From Sphingomonas sp. (GTDB lineage Bacteria > Pseudomonadota > Alphaproteobacteria > Sphingomonadales > Sphingomonadaceae), in the NCBI RefSeq assembly GCF_013816785.1, contig NZ_JACDDV010000003.1, forward strand, positions 3,838 to 67,837: DNA of 64,000 nt, in the 5' to 3' direction. Position numbers and translations under genes: made by a program. Of the stretch, positions 10,042 to 19,900 are shown one piece after another (positions within the stretch are counted from its first letter, which is position 1; each line of letters opens with the position of its first letter). The notes under the pieces are model-generated. The model was not told where the DNA came from. It did no database searches and was given only the letters and a program-made list of their open reading frames with translations.

Positions 10042-11006
10042 GCGGCGGCCATCATCACGGACATTCCCATCACGGCCATTCCCACCCTGGCGACGAGCGC
10101 GCCCGGCTGACCAGCCGTGCCGCGCTGGCGAGCATTGCCACGGCGCTCTTCCTGGTCGCAATCAAAAGCTACGCAGCTTGGGACACCGGCTCGGTAGCGA
10201 TGCTCGGCAGCCTTGCCGACACTGCGCTCGACCTGGTTGCCAGCCTCGTTACCCTGTTCGGCGTGAGCTGGGCGGCGATGCCCGCCGACGAGGACCATCG
10301 CTTCGGCCACGGCAAAGCCGAAGCGCTTGCCGCCCTGATCCAGGTCATCCTGATCGCGGTCTCGGCGATCGTCATCGCCTGGCGCGCGGTCGACCGCCTG
10401 ATGCGCGGCGAAGTGACGCAAGGGCTCGAACTGGGGGTCGGCGTTTCGCTCGTTGCGATGGCGGTCACTATCGCCCTGCTCGCTTATCAGCGCACCGTCA
10501 TTCGCAGGACCGGATCGGTCGCAATCCGGACCGACCATGTCCATTATCAATCTGACTTGCTCCTCAATTTGTCGGTGATCGTGTCGTTAACGCTCGACCA
10601 ATTACTCGGCTGGCACCTCGCCGATCCTTTGCTTGGCCTGATCATCGCCGCCTGGCTGTTGTATGGTGCGTGGCGCGCCGCCAGCCATTCGGTCGATCAG
10701 CTGATGGACCGCGAATGGAATGAGGCGGAGCGCGCAGCCTTCCTATCGGCGACCCGTGATTACCCGGCGCTGTCGGGCCTCCACGACCTCCGTACCCGCT
10801 CATCCGGAGCGCACCGCTTCGTCCAGTTCCACGTCTGGGTGCCCGGCGACTGGACGGTGCGCGAAGCCCATGATCGGCTCGACGAATGCGAGGAATCGCT
10901 TCAGGCGCGGTTTCCGGGCACCGAGATCATCATTCACCTCGATCCGCAGGGCCATACCGACCGCGAAACGATGCTGCCTTCCAGCCTGACGGAAGCCAAC
11001 CCATGA
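10038..11006 (+). CDS. cation diffusion facilitator (CDF) family divalent-metal efflux transporter
   Basis: His-rich N-terminus MSGGHHHGHSHHGHSHPGDE, six TM segments, SLADTALDLVAS motif and a C-terminal cytoplasmic domain. The GTG start overlaps the pdxH stop (GTGA). Confidence 0.9.
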   Translation: MSGGHHHGHSHHGHSHPGDERARLTSRAALASIATALFLVAIKSYAAWDTGSVAMLGSLADTALDLVASLVTLFGVSWAAMPADEDHRFGHGKAEALAALIQVILIAVSAIVIAWRAVDRLMRGEVTQGLELGVGVSLVAMAVTIALLAYQRTVIRRTGSVAIRTDHVHYQSDLLLNLSVIVSLTLDQLLGWHLADPLLGLIIAAWLLYGAWRAASHSVDQLMDREWNEAERAAFLSATRDYPALSGLHDLRTRSSGAHRFVQFHVWVPGDWTVREAHDRLDECEESLQARFPGTEIIIHLDPQGHTDRETMLPSSLTEANP

Positions 11007-11022
11007 CCACGCTCCCTTTCTT

Positions 11023-11511
11023 TTAGGTCGACGCCTTCGCCATCCGCTCGTCGCCGGATGCCAAGAACTGCTCACTCACCTTTGGCCATGCCTGGTTCGC
11101 GAAGAGCAATCCAGCGGCGAACAACACCGTGTCTTTAAGCAGAAATCCGCCCATGCCGGAAATCGCCGGGAAGCCACCCGCCGATTCCTCGAATACGCCG
11201 GGCATGACGAAGAACAGAGTCACTGTGATAAAAAAGGTGATCATCGCCAGCACCCCGCCGAAAAAACTCGCCAGTGCGCTGCGGAAACCAAGTAGCAGCA
11301 ACACGCCCGCGCTAATCTCCATCACGCCCAGGAAGGCGGAGGCGCCCGCCTTGCCGAACGCTGGCAGTAGCCACGACAGCAGCGGATGGGCGGATATCAA
11401 TGGCTCGACGCCGTCGGCCTCGAACGGAAAGAATTTCACGTAGCCGAAGGCCACAAAGACCAGCGCGAGCGCCAAACGCAACACTCCGTCGGACAGTCGG
11501 CGATCGGACAT
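11023..11511 (-). CDS. DUF417/YkgB-like membrane protein
   Basis: Four TM helices and VFVAFGYVKFFPFEADGVEPLI. ATG 11511 is preferred over 11562. Confidence 0.7.
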   Translation of the reverse strand: MSDRRLSDGVLRLALALVFVAFGYVKFFPFEADGVEPLISAHPLLSWLLPAFGKAGASAFLGVMEISAGVLLLLGFRSALASFFGGVLAMITFFITVTLFFVMPGVFEESAGGFPAISGMGGFLLKDTVLFAAGLLFANQAWPKVSEQFLASGDERMAKAST

Positions 11512-11617
11512 AGCAGTTCCTTTTTCGGTCAGCACTGCATCGAGTTCGCTACGACCTTGCAAAGGGTTACTCGAAGTTGGTGGTCTGCCGACGATCGAAG
11601 GCCGACATCAGCGGCGC

Positions 11618-12103
11618 CTATAGCGAGGGGCCGACGATCGGCGGGGCAATGCTGTGCAGCGCCAGCGTGAAGCGCAGAACGCTGTTGGCTGGGATGGGGC
11701 CGGTGGCTCGTTCGCCATAACCTAGCGCAGGCGGTATCCAGACCACCCACTCGTCGCCCGGCCGCATCAGCATGAGCGCTTCGGTAAAGCCCGGCACGAA
11801 CTGGTCGACGCGTCCGGTCAGCGGTTTGCCGGCATCATAGCTGCTGTCGAACTTCTCGCCGGTCGTTAGCCGACCATCGTAGTCGAAGGTGACCGTGTCG
11901 TCCGCCGCGGGGCGCCGGCCGGACTTCAGACCCGACCGGACGACGAAATATTGCAGCCCGCTGGGCAAGGCGACGACATGCCTGGCGGCAGCGTTGCGGG
12001 TTAGGAAGTCGGATCCGGCGGCAGTCGCTGGCGGGGAAGGAACGGTCGAGCAGGCGCTCGTCGCGAGCAGCAGGCCGAGGGCGGCGATGTCGATGGCTTT
12101 CAT
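11618..12103 (-). CDS. FKBP-type peptidyl-prolyl cis-trans isomerase, exported
   Basis: Leader MKAIDIAALGLLLATSAC followed by the FKBP domain VTFDYDGRLTTGEKFDSSY...FVPGFTEAL...IPPALGYG. The upstream 150 aa of the 313-aa track ORF is rejected as Arg/Ser-rich shadow. Confidence 0.85.
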   Translation of the reverse strand: MKAIDIAALGLLLATSACSTVPSPPATAAGSDFLTRNAAARHVVALPSGLQYFVVRSGLKSGRRPAADDTVTFDYDGRLTTGEKFDSSYDAGKPLTGRVDQFVPGFTEALMLMRPGDEWVVWIPPALGYGERATGPIPANSVLRFTLALHSIAPPIVGPSL

Positions 12104-12158
12104 GCCGCCCTGTTTAGCAAGGCCGCCGGATTTGCAAACTAGCGATGTGCGGGCTTTT

Positions 12159-13265
12159 CTAGGCGGCCCTTTCGAGCGCCGCCGCCTCGGTCTCGACGAT
12201 CGTGCCACCTCCGAGCAGGCGCTCGCCATCGTAGAACACCGCCGACTGCCCCGGCGCAACGCCATATTCGGGCGAATCGAACGCAAGCCGCTCGCCGTCC
12301 CACAGTGCCGCAACCGGCCGTGCGAGACTCCTGACCTTGGTCTCGATCTCGCACTGGTCCTCGGCGAGCCAGTTGATGGCGTCGACGGTAGCCGCCCCGA
12401 CCGCCAGCGCGCGGCGCGGCCCGACCACCAGCCGCCGCGTCGCAGGCTCGATCCGTACGACGTAAAGCGCCTCGGCCTGACCGCCAACGTCGATGCCGCG
12501 ACGTTGGCCGATGGTGAAATGGACCACGCCCGCATGCTCGCCGAGCACGCCGCCCTCAAGATCGACGATCTCGCCAGGCGCCGCGGTTTCGGGCCGCAGC
12601 TTCTTGACCAGGCTAGCGTAATCCCCGTCGGGAACGAAGCAGATGTCTTGACTGTCGGGCTTGGCCGCGACGGTCAGCCCCGCCTCCCCGGCCAGCCGGC
12701 GCACCTCGCTCTTGGGGAGATCGCCCAACGGAAACCGAAGATAATCGAGCTGAGCGGCGGTCGTGCCGTAGAGGAAATAGCTCTGATCGCGCGCCGGATC
12801 GCGGCCCTTCCACAGCTCGACGCGGCCCGCTCGCACGATTCTCCGGACATAATGGCCGGTCGCCAGGCAATCGGCACCTAATTCGCGTGCAAAAGCGATC
12901 AGGTCGACGAACTTGACCCCCTGGTTGCACAGCGAACAGGGAACCGGCGTTCGACCGGCGGCATATTCATCGGCGAACCGGTCGATGACCCCGGTGCGAA
13001 ACCTGCTTTCATAGTCGAGGACGTAATGCGCGATCCCCAGCCGATCGCAAACTGTCCTGGCGTCGTAAATGTCCTGGCCCGCGCAGCATGAGCCGGCGCG
13101 CTTCACCGCCTCGCCATAATCATAGAGTTGCAGGGTCACGCCGATTACTTCGGCGCCGGTCCGCGCGGCCAGCGCGGCGACCACGCTCGAATCGACGCCG
13201 CCCGACATGGCGACGACGATGCGGGTGGCGCTTGGCGCGCGATCAAGGTCGAATGATGCCGACAT
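12159..13265 (-). CDS. mnmA: tRNA 2-thiouridine(34) synthase
   Basis: PP-loop [11 protein letters not shown], full-length homology. ATG at 13265 (MSASFDL). Confidence 0.95.
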   Translation of the reverse strand: MSASFDLDRAPSATRIVVAMSGGVDSSVVAALAARTGAEVIGVTLQLYDYGEAVKRAGSCCAGQDIYDARTVCDRLGIAHYVLDYESRFRTGVIDRFADEYAAGRTPVPCSLCNQGVKFVDLIAFARELGADCLATGHYVRRIVRAGRVELWKGRDPARDQSYFLYGTTAAQLDYLRFPLGDLPKSEVRRLAGEAGLTVAAKPDSQDICFVPDGDYASLVKKLRPETAAPGEIVDLEGGVLGEHAGVVHFTIGQRRGIDVGGQAEALYVVRIEPATRRLVVGPRRALAVGAATVDAINWLAEDQCEIETKVRSLARPVAALWDGERLAFDSPEYGVAPGQSAVFYDGERLLGGGTIVETEAAALERAA

Positions 13266-13663
13266 GGTGCGGGTCTTTACTCGAAATTCACCCTGTCCGG
13301 CTAGACATGTCCGACCGACAACGGGGTAAGGGACGCTAATTGTCACGATTTGAAGGCCGATTGACAGCGGCGGGCGACGTCCCGCTCGAGATGACCGAGT
13401 TGATGCAATTGCTGGTATCATCGGCTCCGGTCGACCAGCGCCACCGCGTCGACGCCATCGCCTGTTTGCTGTCCGTCAGCGAGGGGTGGAGGGAAGCAAA
13501 ATCGTCGCTCGACGGCACGTTCGCGCCGGTCGCCGAAGAGACTGGGTTAAGGGGCGGCAAGGAATGATGAAGGGAAAAATTACCAGCCGCATTCAGAACT
13601 TTTCAACGGCCTTCGGTTAAATCCTGGCCACTGACAGCAGTTTAACGAGATTGAGGTTTATCG

Positions 13664-13963
13664 ATGCTCGAGAATCAGAAAATTCGACCAGCACAGGTGA
13701 TCGGACCGCTCGGCGAACCGCTGACGATCGACTCGCTGCCGCCGCCCGCCACCACCCGCTGGGTCGTGCGGCGCAAGGCGGAAGTCGTCGCGGCCGTCGC
13801 CGGCGGGCTGCTCAGCGTCGATGAAGCCTGTCAGCGCTACACGCTCAGCCTCGAGGAATTCACCAGTTGGCAGCGCGCCGTCGACCGGTCCGGCATGCCC
13901 GGCCTGCGCGTCACCCGGATTAAACATTATCGCGACCAGTACGAGCGTCAGCAGCGCTACTGA
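13664..13963 (+). CDS. DUF1153 domain protein (SciP-like small transcription factor)
   Basis: 99 aa with ...PPPATTRWVVRRKAEVVAAVAGGLLSVDEACQRYTLSLEEFTSWQRAV.... From memory, this family includes the Caulobacter CtrA antagonist SciP. Confidence 0.8.
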   Translation: MLENQKIRPAQVIGPLGEPLTIDSLPPPATTRWVVRRKAEVVAAVAGGLLSVDEACQRYTLSLEEFTSWQRAVDRSGMPGLRVTRIKHYRDQYERQQRY

Positions 13964-13989
13964 TCGTCCTCCTCCGAAACATAAAAAAG

Positions 13990-14022
13990 AAGGGTCGGCT
14001 CCTTAGTGGGCGGACCCTTTTT
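13990..14022 (+). terminator. possible rho-independent terminator
   Basis: AAGGGTC ... GACCCTT stem followed by a T-run (TTTTCGATTT), 27 nt after the DUF1153 stop. The loop is long, so confidence is modest. Confidence 0.4.
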
Positions 14023-14147
14023 CGATTTGTTTCGCATCCGCACTAGACATGGCGTTGCTTTGCCGGAACAACATGCGGGCATCACGCGTCTTTGATGCCA
14101 GAAGGCGCCTCGCATTCAATGGGGCGGCCTCGAACAGGAGGAACGCA

Positions 14148-14417
14148 ATGACCTTGATCCTGATTATCATTGTCGGCGGCATTTTGGGCTGGCTCGCCAG
14201 CATCGTCATGCGCACCGACGGCCAGCAGGGAATTCTGCTCAACGTCGTCGTCGGTATCGTCGGCGCGGTTCTGGGTGGCCTGCTGCTGGCTCCGTTGCTT
14301 GGCGGCGGTTCGATCACAAGTGGTGATTTCTCGCTTCCCAACCTGCTGATCTCGCTGCTTGGCGCGATCATCCTGCTGGCGATCGTCAACCTCGTTCGCC
14401 GCGGCAACGTCCGCTAA
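14148..14417 (+). CDS. GlsB/YeaQ/YmgE family stress-response membrane protein
   Basis: MTLILIIIVGGILGWLASIVM... is a typical transglycosylase-associated small membrane protein. AGGAGG RBS at 14136-14141. Confidence 0.8.
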   Translation: MTLILIIIVGGILGWLASIVMRTDGQQGILLNVVVGIVGAVLGGLLLAPLLGGGSITSGDFSLPNLLISLLGAIILLAIVNLVRRGNVR

Positions 14418-14441
14418 GGCGCGACAGACGCGAATGAAATT

Positions 14442-14475
14442 GGGCCGCCCGGGATGACCGGGCGGCCCTTTTTAT
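14442..14475. terminator. bidirectional rho-independent terminator
   Basis: GGGCCGCCCGG-GATGA-CCGGGCGGCCC perfect 11-bp stem followed by TTTTTATT, between convergent genes ending at 14417 (+) and 14472 (-). Confidence 0.65.
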
Positions 14476-15194
14476 TGAAGTTCGAAGCTCATCGACAAAG
14501 TGACCTGGAGCTGTTGGGTGCCAGGTTCGATCTCGGTCTTCGCCGCCCGCGCGCTGACCATCATCGAGTCGCGCTCATAGGGCATCGGCGGCGGCACATA
14601 GGATCCGCTTTCGCTGACCGACAGCAGCCGAACGACCCGCTTCCCAAGCGCGCGCGCATAAAGCTCGGCGCGCGCCTGCCCGGCCGCGATCGCCTTCGCC
14701 CGCGCCGCGTCATAAGCCGCTTCGGGTTTATCGATCGTCAGGCTTGGCCCATTGATCTGGTTGGCTCCTTCGGCGACCAGGGCATCGAGAATCGCGCCGG
14801 TGCGCTTGAGGTCGCGGAATTTGACATTGACGCTGTTGCTTGCGCGATAGCCGGTCAGCGTCGGCGGCTGATTTTCTACGTAGCGATATTCGGGGTTGAG
14901 GTTGATCGACGAGGTCTGGATGTCCTTATCGGCGATACCCGCCCGTTTGAGCGCCGCGCGCACCCGCTCCATCCGAGTCGCATTCTCCTCGATCGCGCCG
15001 GTCGCGGTCGGCTTCAGCGTCTGAACCCCGGCCGAAATGATCGCGAGATCGGGCACTCGCGTCACTTCGCCGGTGGCGTTGATGTCGAGCCGCGTCCCGC
15101 TAAGCACGGGAATATTTGCCCCCGCCTGCGCCATCGCCGCCGCTGGCACCATCGCCGCGCCTAGCGCCAGCGCGGTCAAAATCCCTTTGCGCAT
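14472..15194 (-). CDS. SIMPL domain (DUF541) periplasmic protein
   Basis: Signal peptide MRKGILTALALGAAMVPAAAMAQA, then SIMPL-like ...GYRASNSVNVKFRDL.... ATG at 15194; the upstream ORF extension is rejected. Confidence 0.85.
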   Translation of the reverse strand: MRKGILTALALGAAMVPAAAMAQAGANIPVLSGTRLDINATGEVTRVPDLAIISAGVQTLKPTATGAIEENATRMERVRAALKRAGIADKDIQTSSINLNPEYRYVENQPPTLTGYRASNSVNVKFRDLKRTGAILDALVAEGANQINGPSLTIDKPEAAYDAARAKAIAAGQARAELYARALGKRVVRLLSVSESGSYVPPPMPYERDSMMVSARAAKTEIEPGTQQLQVTLSMSFELQ

Positions 15195-15280
15195 TCTCAC
15201 CTCCCATGGAAAAAAAGACCATCGCCCTGCGATCTGACGCAGCGGCGATGGCCCCTCAATGAACAACCGTAACGTGGCGA

Positions 15281-15541
15281 TCAGCGGCGTCGAAGCACCA
15301 GCCGGTAAATCAGCAGAATCAGGAATGCGCCGACGATCGCGGCGACGAAACCGGCCGCTTCGCCCTGATCGTACCAGCCGACCATCTTGCCGAGAAATCC
15401 GGCGAGCAACGCGCCGGCAATACCCAGCAGCATCGTGATCAGGCAACCACCCGGATCCTTGCCCGGCATCAGAAATTTGGCGATCGCTCCGGCGAGCAGG
15501 CCGATCACGATCCAGCCGATTATTCCGTAACTTTCGATCAT
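15281..15541 (-). CDS. GlsB/YeaQ/YmgE family stress-response membrane protein (second copy)
   Basis: 86 aa with GIIGWIVIGLLAGAIAKFLMPGKDPGG, the hallmark of the family. Confidence 0.8.
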   Translation of the reverse strand: MIESYGIIGWIVIGLLAGAIAKFLMPGKDPGGCLITMLLGIAGALLAGFLGKMVGWYDQGEAAGFVAAIVGAFLILLIYRLVLRRR

Positions 15542-15756
15542 CCCACGTCGCTCCCTGTGCTATTGGTCAGGCGCCCGCCTTGAACCACGCTTGTTGCACC
15601 TTGGCAACAACGCGCGTCGGTGTAAGGGGTGCCGCCGTTCGTAGAAAATCGCTTTCCAAGACCATAGGCGAGGGTAGCAGTTGCGCCCGGTGACTTATTT
15701 ACGTAATACAGCGGCGGCAGATAGGCTGCCAATGAGCATAGCAAAGTGGCGAAAAG

Positions 15757-16950
15757 ATGCGGTATATGAACCGGGAAACGAAATTCGCGAACGCCGATAC
15801 GCTGGTCGTGGTCGACCGCTCGGCGCGTCGGCGGACGATCATCATCGCCGCGATCGTTGTCGCGGTGCTGGCGATCGCAGCGTTCATGTATTTCGGTGGC
15901 AAGGACGATCCGGTCGCCGGGTCGGTAGCGGGCGCCAAGGGGCCAGGCGGCCGCGGCCAGATACCGACCGTCTCGGTGATCGTCCCGGGCCGCGGCTCGG
16001 TCTCGCGCGTCCTGACCGCCTCGGGCGCGCTGGCCGCGCTTCGCGACCAGCCAGTCGGCATCGCAGGCGAAGGCGGACTGGTCCGCGCCGTGACGGTCGA
16101 CGCCGGCAGCTGGGTCCGCCAAGGCCAGGTGCTGGCTTCGATCGATCGATCGGTCCAGTCGCAAACAGCCGCCCAGCTCGCGGCGCAGGTCCAGGCGGCG
16201 CGCGCCGATGCCTCGCTCGCCCAGAATGAATTTGAACGCAGCCGGGCGCTGGTCGGGCGCGGTTTTGTCAGCAAGGCCGACCTCGACCGCAAGCGTGGTG
16301 CGCGCGATGCCGCCCAGGCCCGCGTCCACGTCGCCCAGGCGCAACTCGGCGCCACCCGCGCTCAGATCGGTCGGCTCGATATTCGCGCACCCACCAATGG
16401 CCTGATCTTGGCGCGCAGCATCGAGGTCGGTCAGATCGTCGGGCCGGGCGCCGGCGCTTTGTTCCGGCTAGCCAAGGGCGGCCTGATGGAGCTGCGGGCG
16501 CAAATGTCGCAACAGGATCTGGCATTCGTGCGCGGCGGCATGGCCGCGTCGGTCACGCCGATCGGATCGGATCGCAGCTTCTCTGGCTCGGTGCGCCTGG
16601 TCTCTCCGGTGATCGATCCGACCAGCCGCCAAGGCGAGGTGCGCATTTCTGTGCCTTACGACACGTCGATTCGTCCCGGCGGCTTCGCTGAAGCCAAGAT
16701 TCAAGCTGGTGGAACAACCGCCCCGCTACTGCCCCAAAGCGCGGTGCTGAGCGACGAAAAGGGCAATTATGTCTACATCGTCAACCGCAAGAAAGAGGTC
16801 GAGCGCCGCCCTATCAAGATCGGCAATGTCGACGATCAGGGCGTGACCATCGCGGAGGGCCTGTCAGGCCAGGAAGCGGTGGTCCTGTCGGCCGGCCCGT
16901 TCCTCAACCCGGGGCAGAAAATCACGCCCAAACGGCAAGTTGCGCGATAG
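15757..16950 (+). CDS. efflux RND transporter periplasmic adaptor (MFP)
   Basis: N-terminal TM anchor, lipoyl/coiled-coil/beta-barrel pattern (GLVRAVTVDAGSWVRQGQVLASID...). Alternative ATG at 15766. Confidence 0.85.
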   Translation: MRYMNRETKFANADTLVVVDRSARRRTIIIAAIVVAVLAIAAFMYFGGKDDPVAGSVAGAKGPGGRGQIPTVSVIVPGRGSVSRVLTASGALAALRDQPVGIAGEGGLVRAVTVDAGSWVRQGQVLASIDRSVQSQTAAQLAAQVQAARADASLAQNEFERSRALVGRGFVSKADLDRKRGARDAAQARVHVAQAQLGATRAQIGRLDIRAPTNGLILARSIEVGQIVGPGAGALFRLAKGGLMELRAQMSQQDLAFVRGGMAASVTPIGSDRSFSGSVRLVSPVIDPTSRQGEVRISVPYDTSIRPGGFAEAKIQAGGTTAPLLPQSAVLSDEKGNYVYIVNRKKEVERRPIKIGNVDDQGVTIAEGLSGQEAVVLSAGPFLNPGQKITPKRQVAR

Positions 16951-16980
16951 CGGAACTCGATTGAAGCGAAGGCTTACCCA

Positions 16981-19900
16981 ATGAATTTCCGCAATATTTC
17001 GTCCTGGTGCATCAAGAATCCGGTACCGCCGATTGTGCTGTTCATCGGCCTGATGCTGGCCGGGATCGTCGCCTTCCTGCAGATGGACGTCAACAATAAC
17101 CCGGACATCGATTTCCCGGCTGCCGAAGTGACGATCTCTCAGCCGGGCGCCGCGCCGACCGAGATGGAAAACCAGATCACGCAGAAGGTCGAGGCCGCGA
17201 TCCGTTCGGTCAACGGCGTTGACGAGATCAACAGTTCGGTCCGTGAGGGCAGCAGTACGACCTTCGTCCAGTTCGAAATCGGCACCCCGACCGATCGGGC
17301 GATCAACGACGTGCGCGATGCCGTCGCCCAGATTCGCGGCGACCTGCCCGACGGCATCCTTGAGCCGCAAATCAACCGCGTCGACATTTCCGGCGATCCG
17401 ATCCTGTTCGTCGCCGCCGAAACCACCGACATGAGCCTGGAGCAACTGTCCTGGTACGTCGACAATAGCGTCTCGCGCCGACTGCTCGGCGTGGAAGGTG
17501 TCGCAGCGGTGACCCGCGAGGGCGGCGTCGATCGACAGATCCGCGTCATCCTCGATCCCGCCGCGCTCCAGGCGCAGGGCATTACGGCAGCGCAGGTCAA
17601 CCAGCAGCTGCGCCTGACCAATATGAACGGCACCGGCGGCCGGGCGGAAATCGCCGGGTCGGAACAGTCGGTGCGCGTGCTCGGCAATGCCAAGGACGCC
17701 TATGGTCTGTCGCAGACTAACATCATCGTGCCGGGCGGCCGTACGGTCCGGCTCGCCGACCTCGGGGAGGTCAAGGACGCCTATTCGGAGCAGCGCACCA
17801 TCGCCAAGATGAACGGGCGGCAGGTGATCAGCTTCAACGTCCAGCGTTCCAAGGGCGCGTCGGAAGTCACCGCCTATGACGACGCGTGGAAGGAACTGCA
17901 CAAGATCGAGAAGGAAGATCCGCGCATCCACTTCGCCGAGATCGTCAACCAGGTCGATTATACCAAGGAGCAATATAAGTCGGCGATGGAAGGGCTGATC
18001 GAGGGAGCAGTGCTGGCCGTCCTCGTCGTCTTCCTGTTCCTCCGCGATTTCCGAGCGACGCTGATTTCCGCAATTGCTATCCCGCTATCGGCAATCCCCG
18101 CCTTCTGGTTCATGAACCTGATGGGGATTACCCTGAACGGCTTGTCGCTGCTGGCGATGAGCCTGGTCGCGGGTGTGCTGGTGGATGACGCGATCGTCGA
18201 GATCGAAAACATCGTCCGCCACATGCGCATGGGCAAGACGGCCTACCAGGCGTCGATGGACGCCGCCGACGAGATCGGGCTGGCGGTGGTCGCCACCACC
18301 ATGGCGATCGTCGCGGTGTTTCTGCCGGTGGCGCTGATGCCGGGCATTTCCGGGCAATTCTTCAAGAGCTTCGGCTACACCGTCGTCATCTCGGTGCTGA
18401 TGAGCCTGTTCGTCGCACGGATGATCACACCGCTGGTTGCGGCCTATTTTCTCAAATCGCATGGCGAGCAGCCCCACGCCTCGGGCAAGTCGATGGCGCG
18501 CTACCTCGGGCTCCTCAACTGGAGCCTCGACACCAGCAAGGCGGAATCTTACCGGGCCCGCCACCGTGGCTTCTGGCGCGCCGTCTGGTCGCTGACCCGA
18601 GATCATCGATTTTATATGGTCGGCGCCGGCATCATCGCTTTCATCATCCAGGGCGTGCTGTTCGCGACGCTATCTATGTCGTTTCAGCCGCCGCTCAACC
18701 TCGACTTTTCGAGCGTCCGCATCGGCATGCCCCCGGGCGCTACTCTCAAGCAGACCGAGGTGGTCGCCGATCGCGCCGCAACGATCCTCGAGAAGGATCT
18801 GGCGGTTGATCGAGTGTTCCAGCGCGTGTTTGTCGGCGCCGGCAACCTCAACATCGTTCTCAAGAAAGACCGCAAGGTCACTTCGACCGAATTCGAGCGC
18901 GGCCTGACTCCGCAGATGTCGGCGATCCCCGACGCGCGAGTCAATTTCCAGAGCCAGGGCGGCGGTGGGCCCGGCAGCGGCGGGCGCGACATCGTGCTCT
19001 ATCTGGGCAGCGACAATCCGGATCTGCTGGCGGCCACCGCCAACAAGATTTCGGAGGAAATGGCGACCCTGCCGCAGCTGGTGGCGCCACGCGCAATGGG
19101 CGATCTGGTCCGGCCCGAGATCACGATCAAGCCGCGTTTCGACCTGGCCGCCGACCTTGGCGTCACCACGGCCGCGCTTAGCCAGACCATTCGCATTGCG
19201 ACACTGGGCGACATCGCCCAGAACAGCGCCAAATTCTCGCTCGCCGACCGCCAAGTTCCGATCACCGTGTCGCTCCCCGAAAGCGCGCGTCGCGACCTTT
19301 CGGTGCTGGAAAACCTCCCCGTCCCAACCGCTTCGGGCGGATCGGTCGCGCTGAAGTCGGTCGCCGAGATCGGCTTCGGCGCCGGCCCGACCACCGTCCA
19401 GCGGACCAACCAGATCCGCCGCCTGGCAGTCGGCGCCGACCTCGCACCGGGGCTGGTGTCGGGCGACGTCTGGCCCAAGATCAATGCGTTGACGACGGTC
19501 AAGAACCTGCCCGACGGAGTCCAGAAGCTCGAGCTTGGCGACAGCAAATGGCAGGCCGAATTGCTGTTCTACTTCGCCATCGCGCTGGCGTCGGGCGTGC
19601 TGCTGGTGTTCGCGGTGCTGGTGCTGCTCTATCGCCGTTTCCTGTCGCCGTTCGTCAATATGGGCTCGCTGCTGCTCGCCCCATTGGGCGCCGCGGTGGG
19701 ATTGCACCTGACCTTCAATCCGGTATCGCTGCCGGTGCTGATCGGCATCCTGATGCTGTTCGGGATCGTCGCCAAAAATTCGATCCTGCTGGTCGATTTC
19801 GCGGTCGAGATGATGGGTCATGGCATGGCCAAGAACGACGCCATTTACGAAGCCGGGCACAAGCGCGCGCAGCCAATCGTGATGACCACCGTCGCGATGG

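Noticed and set aside
13340-13567. 75-aa TTG-initiated ORF between mnmA and the DUF1153 gene
   Set aside because: No family is recognised and the start is weak. It is kept only as a possibility under the 13266-13963 finding.
16864-19860. Minus-strand ORFs of 369 aa (16864..17973) and 396 aa (18670..19860)
   Set aside because: Both lie inside the RND permease gene on the opposite strand. Their composition is Arg/Asp/Gly-rich and low-complexity, with no motifs.
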